Below the pieces are notes generated by a model that worked only from the letters and a program-made list of their open reading frames with translations, was not told where the DNA came from and did not search any database. From Bacteroidales bacterium (lineage in GTDB: Bacteria; Bacteroidota; Bacteroidia; Bacteroidales; GWA2-32-17): a stretch of 64,000 nucleotides of DNA. The position numbers and the translations under genes were made by a program. The first letter of the stretch is position 1. Each line of letters starts with the position of its first letter. The DNA lies in the NCBI GenBank assembly GCA_013314715.1, contig JABUFC010000002.1, positions 24,484-88,483 of the forward strand. Reading direction: 5' to 3'. Below, one piece after another: positions 49,646-59,286 of this stretch.

Positions 49646-50239
49646 TTAGTTTTTAAATTTTGTGCAATTATGCCTTCCATTTCTTTTCATAACAATATGA
49701 CACCGAGGGCATATCTGTTTAACGCAAGGTTCTCCATACTGATGTTTTTGTTCATATCCACAATTAGGGCAAACACAAAAAAAATCATCGTTTTCATTTA
49801 TGGTTGTATTTTCGTTATTATATTCGTATTCAAACTCACTAACTTTTATACTACCACAAAGTGGACAATGTTCAATTGTTTTTTCTTTCTCCGGATTATT
49901 AAAATAACACCCACAGTTATAACATTGGTACCAGTTACTATCAAAATAAATCTTTCCACCTTCAAATGAAATGGGTCTTCCTTCTACCATGGCTTTTGCT
50001 ATTTTTTTTAATGCCGATGCATAAATTCGTGTAAAAGTGGGTCGCGAAACGCCCATTAAAACTGATGCCTGATAATGATTGAGCATATCGTAATCGCACA
50101 GACGAATAGCTTCGTACTCTTCATATAGCAATTTAACATCCTCGTAATGGCTTTTATCAGAGCTAATACCATAAGGTTTAAAACCTTTAACTATAGGTGG
50201 ATTAGAGACTTTTCTTAATGTTTTTATTCTGGGCGACAT
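49646..50239 (-). CDS. DUF134-family predicted DNA-binding protein fused to a C-terminal double zinc-ribbon
   Basis: MSPRIKTLRKVSNPPIVKGFKPYG, then a sigma-70-region-4-like HTH (ASVLMGVSRPTFTRIYASALKKIAKAMVEG). The extra C-terminal ~90 aa carry CYNCG…CPLCG and CVCPNCG…CPRC. An alternative start is at 50257. Confidence 0.65.
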   Translation of the reverse strand: MSPRIKTLRKVSNPPIVKGFKPYGISSDKSHYEDVKLLYEEYEAIRLCDYDMLNHYQASVLMGVSRPTFTRIYASALKKIAKAMVEGRPISFEGGKIYFDSNWYQCYNCGCYFNNPEKEKTIEHCPLCGSIKVSEFEYEYNNENTTINENDDFFCVCPNCGYEQKHQYGEPCVKQICPRCHIVMKRNGRHNCTKFKN

Positions 50240-50267
50240 GCTTTTTATTTTAAACATTAGTTCAGTA

Positions 50268-50275
50268 CAAAGATA
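50268..50275 (-). promoter_or_regulatory. -7 promoter box (TATCTTTG) for the DUF134 operon
   Basis: It matches TAnnTTTG on the minus strand, 28 nt upstream of the ATG at 50239. Confidence 0.4.
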
Positions 50276-50292
50276 ATGAACATTAGTTCATT
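50275..50292. promoter_or_regulatory. Perfect 7-4-7 palindrome AATGAAC-ATTA-GTTCATT abutting the -7 box (candidate operator)
   Basis: Read directly. It overlaps the upstream edge of the TATCTTTG box by one base. Confidence 0.35.
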
Positions 50293-50402
50293 TTGCAAGT
50301 ATTTTTTAATAAAAATTTTATATACTGACATAACCCCTAATTACGCATTAGAAATACTTGGGGTTTACATTAGGAGATGGTTTTGGCTATATAAAATTAT
50401 TT

Positions 50403-50603
50403 CATTTTTTTGTCGAGTTCATTTTTTTCTCGTCTTTCCCTGAGCTTGTCGAAGAATGACCCCAATGCTCATTGAGGTTTGTGAATAGTTATACCTCGAC
50501 AAGCTCGGTATGACGGTGGGTGTTGGGTTGATTCTTTTAAAAATATTACTATTATTATTTATTATTAGCCTGGTTGCATTTGTTTATTCATGGTACTTGG
50601 GTT
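50403..50603 (-). repeat. REP/BIME-like composite intergenic repeat, copy B (inverted relative to copy A)
   Basis: Its reverse complement aligns with 7181-7370. Example: CACCCACCGTCATACCGAGCTTGTCGAGGTATAAC…AATGAGCATTGGGGTCATTCTTCGACAAGCTCAG versus copy A CACCCACTGTCATACCAAGCCCGTCGAGGTATAAC…AATGAGCATTGGGGTTCATTCTTCGACAAGCTCAG. Confidence 0.8.
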
Positions 50604-50692
50604 TAATGAAATGGAAAACTCTGACTTAAAACAAAATAAATAAGAATAAATGAATAAACTTTTGCGAATATAAAAAAAAATTTTGTATGATA

Positions 50693-52291
50693 TTATTCCA
50701 AAGCTGACTTTAAAAAACTGACAAATAAAGGATGTGGTTTTTCAACAGTACTACTATATTCAGGATGGAATTGTACCCCAATAAACCATTTATGTTGGGG
50801 TATTTCTATTATTTCTACTAAGTTCATATCTGGATTTATTCCTGCGACTTTCATTCCGGCATTTTCAAAATCTTTCAAAAACTGGTTATTAAACTCATAA
50901 CGATGGCGATGACGTTCGCTAATAGTTTCTGAATTATATATTTTATGAGCTTTAGTACCTTTAACTAATTCGCATGTGTAAGCTCCGAGTCGCATGGTTC
51001 CACCTTTTTCAGTAATTTCTTTTTGTTGTTCCATTAAGTCAATAACAGGATATGTAGTAGTTCTGTTCATTTCGGTCGAATGTGCATCTTTATATCCTAA
51101 TACATTTCGTGCAAATTCAATAACAGCGATTTGCATTCCCAAACAAATTCCTAAAAAAGGCACATTGTTCTCGCGTGCAAACTTAGTTGCAGCTATTTTT
51201 CCTTCTATTCCTCGATGTCCAAATCCGGGAGCGACAATAATGCCTTTCATATCTTTTAGTGTATGAGCCACATTACCATCAGTAAGGGTTTCGCTATGAA
51301 CCAAATGCACTTTAACTTTTACATTATTAACTGCACCGGCATGGATCAAGGATTCTATGATAGATTTATAAGCATCGGCTAATTCAACATATTTTCCAAC
51401 TAAAGCAATATCAATAATCTTTTTAGCGTTTTTAACTCGATTGACAAAATCACGCCAATTGGTTAAATCGGGTTCGTCGAGTGTTGGTAAGCCCAACTTC
51501 TTCATTATTATTTGATCGAGTTTTTCCTCGTGCATGAGTAATGGAACTTCGTATATCGTTTTCACATCGCGTGATTCGATAACGGCTTCCATTTCGACAT
51601 TACAAAACAGGGCTACTTTTTTACGAATTTCGTTATTCAATGGATGTTCTGTTCTTAAAACAAGAACATCGGGTTGTACCCCGTTTTCGAGCAACATTTT
51701 TACACTGTGTTGAGTAGGCTTAGTTTTCGACTCACCAGTAGCAGCTAAATATGGTACCAAGGTAAGATGAATAACTGCGGTCTTTGCCGGCATTTCCCAA
51801 CGCAACTGACGAACAGCCTCGATATATGGTAAAGATTCGATATCGCCAACGGTTCCACCAATTTCGGTTATAACAATATCGTATTTATTTTTAGTTCCTA
51901 ATAATTTAATACTTCGTTTTATTTCATCGGTAACATGAGGAATTACTTGTACTGTTTTTCCTAAAAAATCGCCACGTCGTTCTTTAGTTATTACATTTTG
52001 ATATATTCTTCCGGTAGTTATGTTATTAGCTTGCGAAGTTGGACGGTTTAAAAAACGTTCGTAATGACCTAAATCTAAATCGGTCTCGGCACCATCGTTG
52101 GTAACATAACACTCGCCATGTTCATAAGGGTTTAATGTACCTGGATCAATATTTAAATACGGGTCGAGTTTCTGAATAGTAACATTATAACCTCTTAATT
52201 GAAGCAACTTTGCTAATGAGGCTGAAATAATACCTTTGCCTAATGACGATGTAACGCCTCCGGTAATAAAAACATAACGTGTGTTTGCCAT
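50693..52291 (-). CDS. pyrG: CTP synthase
   Basis: N-terminus YVFITGGVTSSLGKGI and the glutaminase Cys in GICLGMQ. 532 aa. Confidence 0.95.
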   Translation of the reverse strand: MANTRYVFITGGVTSSLGKGIISASLAKLLQLRGYNVTIQKLDPYLNIDPGTLNPYEHGECYVTNDGAETDLDLGHYERFLNRPTSQANNITTGRIYQNVITKERRGDFLGKTVQVIPHVTDEIKRSIKLLGTKNKYDIVITEIGGTVGDIESLPYIEAVRQLRWEMPAKTAVIHLTLVPYLAATGESKTKPTQHSVKMLLENGVQPDVLVLRTEHPLNNEIRKKVALFCNVEMEAVIESRDVKTIYEVPLLMHEEKLDQIIMKKLGLPTLDEPDLTNWRDFVNRVKNAKKIIDIALVGKYVELADAYKSIIESLIHAGAVNNVKVKVHLVHSETLTDGNVAHTLKDMKGIIVAPGFGHRGIEGKIAATKFARENNVPFLGICLGMQIAVIEFARNVLGYKDAHSTEMNRTTTYPVIDLMEQQKEITEKGGTMRLGAYTCELVKGTKAHKIYNSETISERHRHRYEFNNQFLKDFENAGMKVAGINPDMNLVEIIEIPQHKWFIGVQFHPEYSSTVEKPHPLFVSFLKSALE

Positions 52292-52294
52292 AAA

Positions 52295-54604
52295 CTAAAA
52301 TGTTAAATTAGCTCCAATACTTGGTATAATGGGCAGTTGGTTGACTCTTTTGTTTGCTATACGATCGTAATAAAAAATGTTTTCGCGGTTATAGACGTTT
52401 GTACAACTCAAAGTTATTTCGAGTGTAGAGTTTTTAGAAAATTCGATTGTTTTTTTCAATGTAAGATCGAGACGATGATAAGAAGGTAAACGTCCCTCGT
52501 TTAAATTACCATACAATATACCTAATAATGCATTAGTAGAAGCCAAACTTGAATTAATATCTTGTATTTGCAATTGTTCGTAATATCCAGCTGTTTTGCT
52601 AAATGGGAAGCCGCTTCCAAAATTCCAACGTGCACTGAGTTCCCAATCGAGGTTTTTACCTAATGTACGAGTTGCTACTAAATTTATATTATGCCTGCGA
52701 TCGTAAATAGGTACATAATTAACAAATCCATCGTAACGATCGACATAGCCCAATGAATAAGCCACCCAAAAATAGGTACGTTTATATTCATATTTTAATG
52801 TAACATCGACTCCATAGGCATTTCCATTTTCAACAATAAAATCTTTTTTAAGTAAATCTGGGACTTGCCAATTATCGCCAGAATCTTCGAATATTTTATT
52901 GCGGTTAATATTGGTTAGTTGTATATTACGTTTAAAATATCCTTCAATGTTTAAGTCAATATTTTTAAATAAATCGTATTCAAATCCAGAAACAATATGA
53001 TAAGCACGTTGTAAAGATGATGTAACCTCTTTGCCATCAAAAGTAGTAGGTAAATCGCCTACTTCGGGGCTACTTAAAAAGCCGTAAAACAAATTTACTA
53101 CGTCTCTATCGCTATTAGCACTTATAAAATTTTGGGAATATAAACCACTAGCCATTTTTAAGCGTAGTTTATTATTAACATTGTATTTTAATCCTAAACG
53201 TGGTTCAGGCGAAAACTTAGATAATGATGCATAATATTGAATGCGTAAACCTGGCTCAATTACCAAATGATCGGTTGCTATTTTGTACTTTACAAAAGCT
53301 GCTAATTCGGTTGTATTTTGTACCTGATCTATTTTTTTACCTACAGAATTGTAATAATTAAAATCGGTTTTAAATCCATAAGTTTCTACGCCATAATTTA
53401 ATTCATTGCGTCCTATAAAATAATTGAACGAAAGCCCTAAATTAAATCCGTCAATCAAACTGGAACGTGGTAAAGCATCTGTTTCTTTAAGTGTAATGTC
53501 GTAATTAGAGTAACTAAAATTAACTTTAAATAAAAATGGTGATCCGGCAGGTACAAGAATAATATTTGAACCTATTCCACTCGATTTCCATTTAAAGTTC
53601 GATAAAGCTTTATATTTTACGTTATCGTTAAAATGAAAGCCAAACAAATTGATTTTACTTCCATTTTCTGTATTAAGCGATAATTTACCATAAAAATCGT
53701 TGAATGCAAAAGGAATACCAGCCGAATCTACATAAGAGTAGAGAATTTTGGACGATTCTCGAATATATGATGTTTTTCCTGAAAACACATACGAAAGCGA
53801 GGTTTTTGATTGATCATCGGTTTTAAATATAGGTCCTTCTAATACAAGCTTTGAGCCAAAAGTACTAGCCGATATTTTTCCCGATTGACGATTACGGTTG
53901 CCATCTTTAGTAGTAATATCCATAACAGACGAAATACGTCCACCATATTCGGCATTAAATCCTCCTGTAAAAACATCGGCATTGCGTATAAGATCGGAAT
54001 CGAAAACAGAAAAAAAGCCAATAGAATGAAATGGGTTATATACCACCATTCCATCGAGCAAAACTTTGTTTTGTATGGGCGAGCCACCTCTAATATAGAG
54101 TTGACCGCCTTGGTCGCCAGTAAAAATTACACCGGGCAATACCTGTACATATTGTGCAAAATCGGGTTCACTTCCGACACTTGGAATGCGTTCAATCTGT
54201 TTAGGCGAAATTTTATTTACAGAAATTCGCACTTGTTCTGTTTTTTCTGTTTTTTCGGCCGAAACCTCAAACTCATTTAACAAAACAGACGATTCCGTTA
54301 GGTATATTTTCTTTGTTACAATTTCTTTATCTTTGACTGTAACCTGAATGGTTGCTGTGTCGTAACCTATATACAAAACCTTAATGGTATAAGTACCTGG
54401 TTGTAGTTTTGTAAAGCTAAAAAATCCGTTTATATCGGTTGTTGTACCATATTTTGTATTCTTAATAAGCACATTGGCAAACATAATGGCTTCTCCGTTC
54501 GACTTGTCGTAAACAAAACCACGTATGGTCGATTGTGCTATGCTTATCAATGGTAATATAGCAATTGATAATAATAATAAAAGCTTAAAATATATATATT
54601 TCAT
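52295..54604 (-). CDS. TonB-dependent receptor with N-terminal carboxypeptidase-regulatory-like domain
   Basis: Start at the ATG at 54604 gives the signal peptide MKYIYFKLLLLLSIAILPLISIAQS and removes the overlap with the upstream gene. The order is a CarbopepD_reg-like segment (IRGFVYDKSNGEAI…TDINGFFSF), a plug, then a barrel ending in the terminal aromatic NLTF. Confidence 0.8.
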   Translation of the reverse strand: MKYIYFKLLLLLSIAILPLISIAQSTIRGFVYDKSNGEAIMFANVLIKNTKYGTTTDINGFFSFTKLQPGTYTIKVLYIGYDTATIQVTVKDKEIVTKKIYLTESSVLLNEFEVSAEKTEKTEQVRISVNKISPKQIERIPSVGSEPDFAQYVQVLPGVIFTGDQGGQLYIRGGSPIQNKVLLDGMVVYNPFHSIGFFSVFDSDLIRNADVFTGGFNAEYGGRISSVMDITTKDGNRNRQSGKISASTFGSKLVLEGPIFKTDDQSKTSLSYVFSGKTSYIRESSKILYSYVDSAGIPFAFNDFYGKLSLNTENGSKINLFGFHFNDNVKYKALSNFKWKSSGIGSNIILVPAGSPFLFKVNFSYSNYDITLKETDALPRSSLIDGFNLGLSFNYFIGRNELNYGVETYGFKTDFNYYNSVGKKIDQVQNTTELAAFVKYKIATDHLVIEPGLRIQYYASLSKFSPEPRLGLKYNVNNKLRLKMASGLYSQNFISANSDRDVVNLFYGFLSSPEVGDLPTTFDGKEVTSSLQRAYHIVSGFEYDLFKNIDLNIEGYFKRNIQLTNINRNKIFEDSGDNWQVPDLLKKDFIVENGNAYGVDVTLKYEYKRTYFWVAYSLGYVDRYDGFVNYVPIYDRRHNINLVATRTLGKNLDWELSARWNFGSGFPFSKTAGYYEQLQIQDINSSLASTNALLGILYGNLNEGRLPSYHRLDLTLKKTIEFSKNSTLEITLSCTNVYNRENIFYYDRIANKRVNQLPIIPSIGANLTF

Positions 54605-54629
54605 TTTTGTTATTTTAGCTTTGTTATAT

Positions 54630-56537
54630 TTAAATTTGTTTAAGCATATTATCGATATATTTAATTTGTTCTTTAAGTACATCTGTTTGTTTACGACCTT
54701 CTTCAATTTTCTTTTTGAAGTCGGCAATTAAACTATCAGCATTTTTAGATTTGGAGAAAAAACCAATATTGTTTTCGAGTACTTTTAAATCATTTTCAAG
54801 TTTATGCAACTCTTTGGCAATTAAAGTGCGTTCTTGTTGCAATTTTTCTTTTGAGTTGGGTGAATTGAGTATTGAATCAATTTTTAATTTAAAATTAAGA
54901 ATTCCTTTCTTTTTATCGTCAATTTTAAGGTTAGCATATAATTTTTGTACTGCTTTTTTATATCGTTGTTGAATTTCTTCTTGTTTATTTTCGGGTAATG
55001 GTCCAATTTCAAACCATTCTTTTTGCAATTGACGAACATGGTTCAAATCTTGTTCTGGGTTTTCGGTAAATTCAAAATTTTCGAGTTGTTTTAACAATTC
55101 GATTTTTTTATTCAAATTCTCTTCGAGCAAATTTTCAATAGAATCGAAATGTTTGGCTTTTCTATCAAAAAATTCATTGCATGCTGCTCTAAATCGTTGC
55201 CAAATAGCATCCGAATCTTTACGTGAAACGGGACCAATTTTTTTCCATTCTTTTTGCAAGTTGATGATCTCAATCGTTGTTTTTTTCCAATCAGTGCTAT
55301 CTTTTAATGCTTCAACACGAATGCATAAATCGGTTTTTAATTGTAAATTTTTATTTTCTTCTTCGCTTTTTTGTGTATAATATTCTTTTTTCGCTGCAAA
55401 AAATTGGTCGAGTGCTGCTCTAAAGCGTTTGTAAATAGGAGCATTTTCTGATTTTGGTACCATTCCAATTGTTCTCCAACGTTGTTGAAGATCAATCATT
55501 TGTTTTGTAGCTTCTTCCCATTCTTTATATCGATTATATATTTTATTAGCTATTTCTTCGGCAATCTCGCATAAAATAGTTTTTGCTTTAAGATTATTTT
55601 CTTCTTCTTCGCGACGTTTATTAAAAAAATCTTGATGATTTTTATGAATTTTGTGGGTAGCTTCTTTAAATCGTTCCCATATTTCTTCTTTTTTATCTGG
55701 GTAAACAGGTCCTATTTCGCGCCAACGTTCGTGTAAAATTTGGAGCTGTCCTAATGCTTTTACAACGTTTTCCTCGAGTATAAGCTGTTCAGCTTTTTCG
55801 CAAAGTTCTATTTTTGCTTCTAGATTACGTTTTAAATCGTAATCGCGAGCTTCTTGATTCAGTTTTAACCAATTGTAAAAATTATCGCGAGCCAGGTTAT
55901 ATTTATTATAAATATCTTTTACAAACTGTTGTGGAACAACACCAATTTCTTTCCACTGGCGATTTAGTTCATGAAATTCATCCATTGTTGATTTTAACGA
56001 TTCGGGCTTAGTGGTTAGTTCATTTATTTTTTCAATTATTTCGAGCTTTTTTTGATAATTTTCTTTTTTCTGACGTTCAATTTCTTCTATTAATTCCTGT
56101 CTTTTATCGCGGTATGCGTTATAGAGTTCTTTAAATACAGGTTCTAATTCATCGGTTTGAGGTTGAAACTCTTCGGCAACTCCACCTTCTGCAATAAACT
56201 TTTTTTTAAGTTCATCGTTTTCTTGTTTTATTTTTTTGTAAAAATGAGTCCGAATTTGTTCTACTTCGTTTTTGTTTTGAGTAATATTTGATTGAGTTAA
56301 AATTTCTTTAAACTTATTTATTAGTTCTTGTTTTGATAACGATGCATAATCAACAACGGTAAGGTTCATTATAGTATCGGTAATTTCATCCGACTCGTTG
56401 GTTTCGGTCTCAATAATGGGTTCTTCATCTATTTGAGCTTGAAAAATTGGTTCATTCTCAGACATGGATAATGCATTTTCTTCTTGAACCTCATTAGCAT
56501 TTAAATTAGTTTTGTCGTTAATGTTAGTAGTTTCCAT
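54630..56537 (-). CDS. DUF349 repeat protein
   Basis: At least five repeats of the DUF349 signature (LNRQWKEIGVVP, LHERWREIGPVYP, LQQRWRTIGMVPK, LQKEWKKIGPVSR, LQKEWFEIGPLPE) sit in a highly charged helical protein. Confidence 0.75.
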   Translation of the reverse strand: METTNINDKTNLNANEVQEENALSMSENEPIFQAQIDEEPIIETETNESDEITDTIMNLTVVDYASLSKQELINKFKEILTQSNITQNKNEVEQIRTHFYKKIKQENDELKKKFIAEGGVAEEFQPQTDELEPVFKELYNAYRDKRQELIEEIERQKKENYQKKLEIIEKINELTTKPESLKSTMDEFHELNRQWKEIGVVPQQFVKDIYNKYNLARDNFYNWLKLNQEARDYDLKRNLEAKIELCEKAEQLILEENVVKALGQLQILHERWREIGPVYPDKKEEIWERFKEATHKIHKNHQDFFNKRREEEENNLKAKTILCEIAEEIANKIYNRYKEWEEATKQMIDLQQRWRTIGMVPKSENAPIYKRFRAALDQFFAAKKEYYTQKSEEENKNLQLKTDLCIRVEALKDSTDWKKTTIEIINLQKEWKKIGPVSRKDSDAIWQRFRAACNEFFDRKAKHFDSIENLLEENLNKKIELLKQLENFEFTENPEQDLNHVRQLQKEWFEIGPLPENKQEEIQQRYKKAVQKLYANLKIDDKKKGILNFKLKIDSILNSPNSKEKLQQERTLIAKELHKLENDLKVLENNIGFFSKSKNADSLIADFKKKIEEGRKQTDVLKEQIKYIDNMLKQI

Positions 56538-56602
56538 AAGAGCATTAAAATTAAAGTTTCGAAATTACTTATTTTGTATTAATTTAGCAAAGGCATATTT
56601 TT

Positions 56603-57124
56603 TTAGTATGTATTTTTTTCTTGACTAACTTTTTCTATTTTTTCAATATTATATCCTAATTCCTTTGCTTTATTTAGAAGAAATTGATAGGTATTATCGT
56701 CTATTTTAGGTTTATCAGCTAATATCCATAAATATTTTTTACTTGGTCCTCCGACAATAGCTATTGTATAATCATGATCGAGGTATTCAATCCAATAAGG
56801 AGCAGCAAATGGCCAAAAAAAACGGACTTTAAGTTTATTGCTTTCATTAAGATTAGGAATCCAAGCAATACCTTTAATTTGCTTTAGTTTATTTTGGGCA
56901 TTATATCCTTTGTTTAGAACTGATATTTTTCCATTAGGCAGAATTTGATAAGTAGCAGAAACATGAGTTAATTTTTTTTCAAATCGATGAGGGAAACGGC
57001 CTATTTCGTACCATGTTTTAGCATACTTATTAATATCCACATTATTCATATTTTCTATTTTAGGTTGAGCAGATAATAATAAGGTTAATAATAAAAAGCT
57101 AAAAAGACAAAAGATTCTATTCAT
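56603..57124 (-). CDS. blc: Bacterial lipocalin (Blc-like)
   Basis: Signal peptide. [13 protein letters not shown] and [18 protein letters not shown] patterns. It overlaps the mutase alpha gene by 8 nt. Confidence 0.8.
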   Translation of the reverse strand: MNRIFCLFSFLLLTLLLSAQPKIENMNNVDINKYAKTWYEIGRFPHRFEKKLTHVSATYQILPNGKISVLNKGYNAQNKLKQIKGIAWIPNLNESNKLKVRFFWPFAAPYWIEYLDHDYTIAIVGGPSKKYLWILADKPKIDDNTYQFLLNKAKELGYNIEKIEKVSQEKNTY

Positions 57125-59249
57125 TATTTTCTAATAATACCTTTAATATTTTTATAGCCGCTTGTGCAATGGGTGTTCCAGGACCAAAAATACCTACAAC
57201 TCCTAAATTGTATAAATAGTCGTAATCTTGTGGTGGTATAACACCTCCAACAATTACAAAAATATCTTCGCGACCGAGTTTTTTTAATTCTTCCATTACT
57301 TGTGGTACTAATGTTTTGTGTCCGGCAGCTAAACTCGAAACGCCCAATATATGTACGTCATTTTCTACAGCTTGTTTTGCTGCTTCGGCAGGTGTTTGGA
57401 AAAGTGGTCCCATATCTACATCAAATCCCATATCGGCATAGGCTGTTGCAACCACTTTGGCTCCACGGTCGTGTCCATCTTGTCCCATTTTGGCAATCAT
57501 GATACGCGGACGGCGTCCTTCTTTTTGTGCAAATAAGTCGGTTAAACGTTTTGCTTCTTTAAAATCTTCATTATCTTGAGTTTCTGAGCTATAAACACCA
57601 GATATCATACGAATATTTGCTTTATATCGTCCATAAACTTTTTCCATTGCATACGAAATTTCGCCTAAAGTAGCTCTTTTAGCCGCTGCATCGACAGCTA
57701 ATTCTAATAAGTTTCCTTCGCCAGTAGCACAAGCATTGGTAATAGCATCGAGTGCTTTTTGCACTGCCATGTTATCTCTGTTAGCTTTTAATTCATTAAG
57801 TCTTCGTATTTGTGCTTCACGAACAGCTGTATTGTCGACTTCAAGAATTTCGATTGGAGCTTCTTTTTCTAAACGATATTTATTTACACCAACAATAATT
57901 TCTTTGCCCGAATCGATTTTTGCTTGCTTACGAGCAGCAGCTTCCTCGATGCGCATCTTAGGAATGCCTGTTTCAATAGCTTTAGCCATTCCGCCAAGTT
58001 CTTCAATTTCTTGAATCAATGCCCATGCTTTGTGAGCTATTTCGTTTGTTAAATATTCAACATAATACGAACCGCCCCAAGGATCAACCGATTTGCAAAT
58101 GTAAGTTTCTTCTTGTAAATAAATTTGTGTATTACGTGCAATACGTGCCGAGAAATCAGTAGGTAATGCAATAGCCTCGTCTAATGCGTTCGTATGAAGC
58201 GATTGAGTATGACCTAAAGCAGCTCCTAAAGCCTCAATACAAGTACGAGCCACATTGTTAAATGGGTCTTGTTCGGTTAGGCTCCAACCTGAAGTTTGGC
58301 AGTGAGTACGCAAAGCTAACGATTTTGGATTTTTGGGGTTGAATTGTTTAACAATTTTTGCCCATAACATACGTGCAGCTCGCATTTTAGCAATTTCCAT
58401 AAAGTGGTTCATGCCTACTCCCCAGAAAAATGACAATCGTGGTGCAAAATCGTCGATATTCATTCCTGCCTTTATACCTGTACGCAAGTATTCTAATCCA
58501 TCAGCTAAGGTATATGCCAATTCTATATCGGCAGTAGCTCCAGCTTCTTGCATATGATAGCCAGAAATACTGATGCTATTGAATTTGGGCATATTTTGCG
58601 ATGTATATTTAAAAATATCGGCAATAATTCGCATCGATGGTTCAGGAGGGTATATGTAAGTATTGCGTACCATAAATTCTTTGAGTATGTCGTTTTGTAT
58701 AGTTCCCGAAAGTTCTTCGAGCTTTGCTCCTTGTTCGAGTGCCGTAACGATATAAAAAGCCAAAATAGGGATTACGGCTCCATTCATAGTCATCGAAACC
58801 GACATCTTATTCAATGGGATTTGATCGAATAAGATTTTCATATCGAGCACTGAATCAATAGCCACACCAGCTTTGCCCACATCGCCTACTACGCGTTCGT
58901 GATCGCTATCATATCCACGATGGGTAGCCAAGTCGAAAGCGACCGACAACCCCATTTGCCCAGCAGCTAAATTACGACGATAAAAAGCATTGGATTCTTC
59001 GGCGGTCGAAAAACCTGCATATTGTCGTATGGTCCAAGGTTTCATTACATACATGGTCGAATATGGACCTCGTAGATAAGGAGGTAAACCAGCAGCGTAG
59101 TCTAAATGCTCTAATTCTTCGATATCAGTTAAAGTATAAAGATTTTTAATGTTTATTTGTTCAGCAGTTAACCACGAATCATCGTTTTTATTTACTTTAA
59201 CTGTATGGGATGATTGTTGGATATTTATTTTATGAAAATTTGGCTTCAT
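57117..59249 (-). CDS. mutB: Methylmalonyl-CoA mutase, large (alpha, catalytic) subunit
   Basis: 710 aa. TIM-barrel region with RIARNTQ, and a C-terminal B12-binding domain with DxHxxG ([12 protein letters not shown]). Confidence 0.9.
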   Translation of the reverse strand: MKPNFHKINIQQSSHTVKVNKNDDSWLTAEQINIKNLYTLTDIEELEHLDYAAGLPPYLRGPYSTMYVMKPWTIRQYAGFSTAEESNAFYRRNLAAGQMGLSVAFDLATHRGYDSDHERVVGDVGKAGVAIDSVLDMKILFDQIPLNKMSVSMTMNGAVIPILAFYIVTALEQGAKLEELSGTIQNDILKEFMVRNTYIYPPEPSMRIIADIFKYTSQNMPKFNSISISGYHMQEAGATADIELAYTLADGLEYLRTGIKAGMNIDDFAPRLSFFWGVGMNHFMEIAKMRAARMLWAKIVKQFNPKNPKSLALRTHCQTSGWSLTEQDPFNNVARTCIEALGAALGHTQSLHTNALDEAIALPTDFSARIARNTQIYLQEETYICKSVDPWGGSYYVEYLTNEIAHKAWALIQEIEELGGMAKAIETGIPKMRIEEAAARKQAKIDSGKEIIVGVNKYRLEKEAPIEILEVDNTAVREAQIRRLNELKANRDNMAVQKALDAITNACATGEGNLLELAVDAAAKRATLGEISYAMEKVYGRYKANIRMISGVYSSETQDNEDFKEAKRLTDLFAQKEGRRPRIMIAKMGQDGHDRGAKVVATAYADMGFDVDMGPLFQTPAEAAKQAVENDVHILGVSSLAAGHKTLVPQVMEELKKLGREDIFVIVGGVIPPQDYDYLYNLGVVGIFGPGTPIAQAAIKILKVLLENNE

Positions 59250-59286
59250 ACTTTCTTATTTTTAATTATTGGCAACTCGTAATTTT

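Noticed and set aside
53885-54280. Antisense or alternative-frame ORFs of 60-131 aa inside larger genes. Examples are 53885-54280, 49595-49969, 36794-37144, 20024-20344, 63163-63495, 57736-58014 and 16182-16469.
   Set aside because: All are fully embedded in well-supported conserved genes. They have low-complexity or hydrophobic composition typical of antisense translation, and no start-site or promoter signal. No conservation test is possible here.
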